Positions 59,943 to 64,000 of a DNA stretch of 64,000 nt are shown here, piece after piece. Position 1 is the stretch's first letter; each line of letters starts with the position of its first letter. Position numbers and translations under genes: made by a program. This DNA is from a candidate division FCPU426 bacterium (GTDB taxonomy: Bacteria > Oederibacteriota > Muellerivitia > Muellerivitales > Muellerivitaceae). The DNA lies in the NCBI GenBank assembly GCA_963771075.1, contig CAVYSE010000006.1, forward strand, positions 64,001 to 128,000, given 5' to 3'. The notes under the pieces are model-generated. The model ran no database searches and had not been told where the DNA came from. It saw only the letters and a program-made list of their open reading frames with translations.

Positions 59943-60545
59943 TCATTTCATGACGGCGAAATTCTGCAAAGCCAATTTCGTGATCTTCCCCGTTTCGTCG
60001 TCCACGATCTGTACTTGATAGTAATAAAGTCCCTCGGGCACTTTCTTCAAGCTCCAAAGGATATCAAAAACCTTTTCTCCGTCTTTTTCGATCTTGTCAA
60101 ATGGCTCCAGGTTCCGGTTGTAGATTCGAATCTTCACCAAAGCCGGTTTCGGCAACATGATCCGAAAGGACAATTTTGCGCCCCAAGCGGGGTTGGGGAT
60201 GACGGTGACCAAGGACTTTTCGATCTTGGACGAAAGGTCAAAATGGAAAGTGTCCGTCGCGATAGGCGTCACCGTTGGGCAAGGGGTAAAGGGTTTGGAG
60301 GAGAAAGCGGGCGTTGGGGTGATCGTGGCGGTTCGTGTGGGGCTTGCCTTTTTTTTGGTTTTTTTTGCCGGGCTGTCGGCGTATAAAACCGGGGCCAGTC
60401 CCAGGGCTACCGCAAAAACAAGAAGGGTCCATTCAGTAAAATGTTTTTTGGTTTTGGGAGTATCTAGCAAGAGGCCGTTCTTGGCGCTTTCGCGTCGTAG
60501 CGATAAAACTTTTGGGGATAAGATAAAAAAACGGGACGGTTTCAT
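59943..60545 (-). CDS. Secreted protein: PT linker + T9SS-type-A/FlgD-like Ig domain
   Basis: VIPNP...IRIYN...W...GLYYYQV; TAATG coupling to the upstream gene. Confidence 0.65.
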   Translation of the reverse strand: MKPSRFFILSPKVLSLRRESAKNGLLLDTPKTKKHFTEWTLLVFAVALGLAPVLYADSPAKKTKKKASPTRTATITPTPAFSSKPFTPCPTVTPIATDTFHFDLSSKIEKSLVTVIPNPAWGAKLSFRIMLPKPALVKIRIYNRNLEPFDKIEKDGEKVFDILWSLKKVPEGLYYYQVQIVDDETGKITKLALQNFAVMK

Positions 60546-61483
60546 TAACCGGTGACTTTGACCGCGGTCGATAGGCTCTTGGCGTCTTCCACGTTCGTGT
60601 TGCGGGTATCCACGTCGATCTTTTTAACCATGGTGGTATAGACGCGGCCCGGACCGATCTCCACCCAGGTACGGAACCCACGCAAGATGACCGCCCTTAC
60701 CGTATCGACCCATTGAACGGGGCTGGAAAGCTGGCGCACCAGCACATCGCGGACCATATCCGGGTTTGTGACCATGTCCCCGCCCCGGCTGTGGTGGAAC
60801 GATATCTTAGGCGTCTTCAGCGCGGTCGGGCCCAGGCATTCCGTCAATAATTTCTCGATGGGTTTTTCCAATTCCTGCGCCAGGGGCGTAAAGAGCGGCC
60901 CCCGGGGCAACTGGGGGTTCATCTTGACCTGTTTGACCCCTTGTAATTCCACTTTCAACGATTCCGCCGATTCCTTGGAACCCCAAACGATAAAGGTGTC
61001 GGGGGAAAGGTAATGCGTAATCATGAGTTCTCCCTCCTCCCGTTGCAAGAGGGGGGTCAACTGTTCCTGGGTGATCCCCGACAAAGAAAGCCCGGCTCCC
61101 CCCTGCTTGAGGGCAAAGGCCTGCAAAAGTTCCGCCCGTTTGGCGACGAATTGGACGGCGTTGGCGAAGGGTATGGCTTCGGAGACCACCAGGGCGGCGA
61201 TTTCCCCCACCCCCACCCCGGTCACCGCTTCGGGTTTCCTCCGGTTCTGGACCAAGGGATCGAAAAAGGCCACGTCATTGACGAAGGTCGCCAACTGGGC
61301 GTTAAAGAGGGTGTCCTGGTCTTCCTTGGGCCCCAGGAAACAGACCTTGGCGATCTTGGAACTAATCAGTTTTTCCGTATCGTCGAAGAATTTACGGGCG
61401 GAAAGGCTTTTCGCGTAAAAGTCCTTGCCCATGCCCACATATTGGGCTCCCTCGTTGGGGAAAACAGCGGCGATGCGTGCCAT
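60545..61483 (-). CDS. FabD-like acyltransferase with degenerate active site
   Basis: FPNEGAQYVGMG, GVGVGE in place of GHSxGE, QLSSPVQW, EIGPG. Confidence 0.85.
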   Translation of the reverse strand: MARIAAVFPNEGAQYVGMGKDFYAKSLSARKFFDDTEKLISSKIAKVCFLGPKEDQDTLFNAQLATFVNDVAFFDPLVQNRRKPEAVTGVGVGEIAALVVSEAIPFANAVQFVAKRAELLQAFALKQGGAGLSLSGITQEQLTPLLQREEGELMITHYLSPDTFIVWGSKESAESLKVELQGVKQVKMNPQLPRGPLFTPLAQELEKPIEKLLTECLGPTALKTPKISFHHSRGGDMVTNPDMVRDVLVRQLSSPVQWVDTVRAVILRGFRTWVEIGPGRVYTTMVKKIDVDTRNTNVEDAKSLSTAVKVTG

Positions 61484-61539
61484 CGGGCGAAACTCCTGGA
61501 AAAAGGATGGGTCGAAAACGCCTTATATTAACACAGCCT

Positions 61540-63651
61540 TCATGAATGGGTGTTCGAAGAGAGCTTTTCCAGGTCATTGAGATTTTTCAAGATAACCGCC
61601 TTGTCGGGCGGGTTCGGCACCAGGGTCAGGTATTGGTGGAACATCTGAAGCGCGAACAAAGGGTTGGCCTGGAGGGAGGTAAAGGCTAAGTTCCGGTAGG
61701 GTTCGGGAAAGGAAGGATTCAACCGGATGGTTTCCTCCCATTGCACCTGGGCCTCCTCCACCTGATGGGTTTTGAAAAGCAAATAGGCCAGATGGTGATG
61801 GTATTGGAAATTATCCGGGTCGAGCCGAACCGCTTCCCTTTGGTCATGAAGGGCTTCGGCTTCCCTTCCCTGCGCCAAATGGGCATCCCCCAGCTGGTAC
61901 CAGGCCATGGCAAACCCGGGATCGCATTGAATAGCCTGGGTAAAGGTCAATACCGAAGGGTCCAGCAAGCGATTTCCCTTTTCCCAAAGGCCGACATTCA
62001 GCAATAACCTCGCGTTGTCGAAGGCCAAGGTCTTGACCTGGTGGAGGTCGGATTGTTGGAAGGATGGGTCCTGTTCCTGGTTGAGGCGGAAGATATAAAA
62101 GCGGGAGGCGGTTTCCCGGGTCAGGTAATCCGCCTTTTCCGGGATTCGGGGTGTTATGGCCAAGTCCCAAATTCCCCTTGGGTTCGGGGTTTCATTGGAA
62201 CTGTCCGCTTGGAATAAAAAACCGGACATTTTCAGGGGAAGGTGGATCGCCTCTGCGTTTTCCGAATAGAAGACCGCCGAGGGATGGTTTTTCTTTGCCC
62301 AGAATTGCTCCAGCATAAATTGGGGCATGCCGTCGTTTCCCATCGACAGGTGTTGGAGCAGGCCTCCGGTGCGGTCGAATAAAAAGAGGTCTTTTCTTTT
62401 TCCCGAAACCAGGTTTTGGTAGGCCAGGGGGTAGGTCACCTCGTCTCCCTCGGCAAAAAGGGCGGCTTTCTGGGGAAGTTGCAGAAGGATGTTATGGCTC
62501 ATGTCGCTGACGCAAAGGTTCCGGGACTGGTCCTGGTCTCCTCCCGTGACCAAACCCAAAACCAACAGGGCCGCGGTCCAGCCAACCGTCCAAGCCCGGG
62601 CATTTACCTGGGTCCGATTAAAGATCCAATCCAACCCCCAGGCCAGGCCGGGAAGACACCAAAGGATAAAGGGGGTCAGGAAGGGCAGGATGATACTGTG
62701 GAATTCGGTCGTGTCGGGGGTGCGAAGAAGCAGCGGCGGAAGCAGCAGGGTTGAGCCCAGCCCGATCCAGTAGGCTCCAGGAGCTGATTTTCGGCGGGCC
62801 CACCAGCCCAGCAGTGTGATCATGCCAACGAAAGCCCAGCCGTTCATGGCCCAAAGCTTTAAATAAAACCAAAGGTCCCAAAAGGCGTCCAGGAAGCGGC
62901 CCTTCGGAATGTCTCCCCCATATTGGCCCCGGGTCACGTGGGTGAAGAACCGCCCCCACGAATCGGGCTCGCCCCAATTCACGGGCGGGTGCAGGTGGGC
63001 CCTCAGGGGCAAAAGGAGATAAAGGGACAACCCCAATCCCAGGAAGGCGATCCCCCGCGCCGCTTCCGTACGGTCCATCCAGACCTTCCGATAGGCCCAC
63101 AAAAGCGCGGGCAGGATCAAAAGAGTCAAATGTTGGTTCGAAAGTCCCAGGCCCATCGCAAAACAAATAAACGGCCAATTGGATTGGGACGCGTTCAGCA
63201 CAAAATAAAGGAAGAGCATCGTGAAAAGACTATGAAGCGCGAAGACCTCGGGGCTGAGGGACTGATGAAGAAGCTGGGGGGACATAAAAAGCAGGGCGGC
63301 TGCGGGAAGAATGACAGGCAAAGGGAGGGGCGGCGTATCCGGTCCGTTTTTTCCCAAGACAAGGACCGCAAGCAGGAAGGCCATTAAAAGGATCCAGATG
63401 GAAAAGAAGGTCAGTCGAAAGGCCGCCGAGCCCACGGGAAAAAGAAGAAAGAATTTGCCGAGGAGCACGTACAGCGGATAACCGGGCGGGTGGGCCGATC
63501 CAAGGTGAAAGGCGGCAGTGGTCAGTTCAGGCGCGTCTCCCGCCACAATGCCGGGGGCGCATAGGGAAAGTTCCCAAAGAACCAAAATAAGGGCCAGAAC
63601 CACAGGCCCAAACCATTTCCCGGAAACAAATCGGATGGCAAACCCACTCAT
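61540..63651 (-). CDS. DUF2723 (TMEM260-like GT-C glycosyltransferase) with TPRs
   Basis: GDAPEL...AHPPGYPLY, PPVNWGEP, C-terminal TPRs. Confidence 0.9.
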   Translation of the reverse strand: MSGFAIRFVSGKWFGPVVLALILVLWELSLCAPGIVAGDAPELTTAAFHLGSAHPPGYPLYVLLGKFFLLFPVGSAAFRLTFFSIWILLMAFLLAVLVLGKNGPDTPPLPLPVILPAAALLFMSPQLLHQSLSPEVFALHSLFTMLFLYFVLNASQSNWPFICFAMGLGLSNQHLTLLILPALLWAYRKVWMDRTEAARGIAFLGLGLSLYLLLPLRAHLHPPVNWGEPDSWGRFFTHVTRGQYGGDIPKGRFLDAFWDLWFYLKLWAMNGWAFVGMITLLGWWARRKSAPGAYWIGLGSTLLLPPLLLRTPDTTEFHSIILPFLTPFILWCLPGLAWGLDWIFNRTQVNARAWTVGWTAALLVLGLVTGGDQDQSRNLCVSDMSHNILLQLPQKAALFAEGDEVTYPLAYQNLVSGKRKDLFLFDRTGGLLQHLSMGNDGMPQFMLEQFWAKKNHPSAVFYSENAEAIHLPLKMSGFLFQADSSNETPNPRGIWDLAITPRIPEKADYLTRETASRFYIFRLNQEQDPSFQQSDLHQVKTLAFDNARLLLNVGLWEKGNRLLDPSVLTFTQAIQCDPGFAMAWYQLGDAHLAQGREAEALHDQREAVRLDPDNFQYHHHLAYLLFKTHQVEEAQVQWEETIRLNPSFPEPYRNLAFTSLQANPLFALQMFHQYLTLVPNPPDKAVILKNLNDLEKLSSNTHS

Positions 63652-64000
63652 GGATTATTGAGGCTGAAATTGAAGGTCACGACGCCCGATTGGTCCAATT
63701 GCGGCAGTTGTTGGGCCAGGGGTTCGAATTCCCATTGGATCAGGGCTTCGTAAACATCCCGGTCTAATTCGCGGTATCCGGACGTTTGGACCATTTCCAG
63801 GTCGTCGCGCAAAAGGCCGTTGGGCAGCACCGTAATGCGGAAACGGACGGTGGCCTCCACGCCCTGTTTCTTGGCCCATTCGGGATAGACGGGTTTGACC
63901 TGGCGTTTGATGTTTCGCGCGGCCAATTCTCCCTCGATGTTGGCGCTTCCGTCGGGGGTGCCCGCCACGCCGGAAAGGCCCAGCCCGGTGGTGGTTTTCA
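63648..64000 (-). CDS. TonB family protein, C-terminal part (runs off window)
   Basis: PVYPEWAKKQGVEATV, SGYRELD, WEFEP. Confidence 0.9.
   Translation of the reverse strand, partial: KTTTGLGLSGVAGTPDGSANIEGELAARNIKRQVKPVYPEWAKKQGVEATVRFRITVLPNGLLRDDLEMVQTSGYRELDRDVYEALIQWEFEPLAQQLPQLDQSGVVTFNFSLNNP

Overview
Chromosomal window from a diderm bacterium (Omp85, TonB and beta-barrel proteins; many Pro/Thr-rich secreted proteins). The lineage cannot be assigned from the sequence alone. Left part (+ strand): purB end-purS-purQ-purL-purF, then GGDEF and DinB genes, then purM. About 8-35 kb is an accessory zone: GH5, two tandem SGNH paralogs (one frameshifted), a CE7 esterase, and a tRNA-Arg(UCG) followed by an island-like block (RelE/XRE toxin-antitoxin pair, membrane-anchored ParB-like protein). 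It also holds an HTH-fused Mtd1-type methylene-THF dehydrogenase and several nested miniature inverted-repeat elements, one inserted in frame in a signal peptide. 35-52 kb (+): kinase-NHL and FHA-GAF-cyclase pair, mutL-miaA, sppA, a metallopeptidase-Omp85 protein, and a tyrosine recombinase. A perfect 13-6-13 palindromic dif-like site ends 2 nt before the recombinase start codon. From 52.8 kb all genes are on the - strand (apt, a frameshifted RpoS-like sigma, tRNAs, ihf, gpsA-plsY-der, a catalytically degenerate FabD, DUF2723, TonB). Gene orientation therefore converges near the recombinase, as expected at a replication terminus. The best candidate for an undescribed system is a single-recombinase/symmetric-dif chromosome dimer resolution module. 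All calls were made by eye from motifs; no searches were run.
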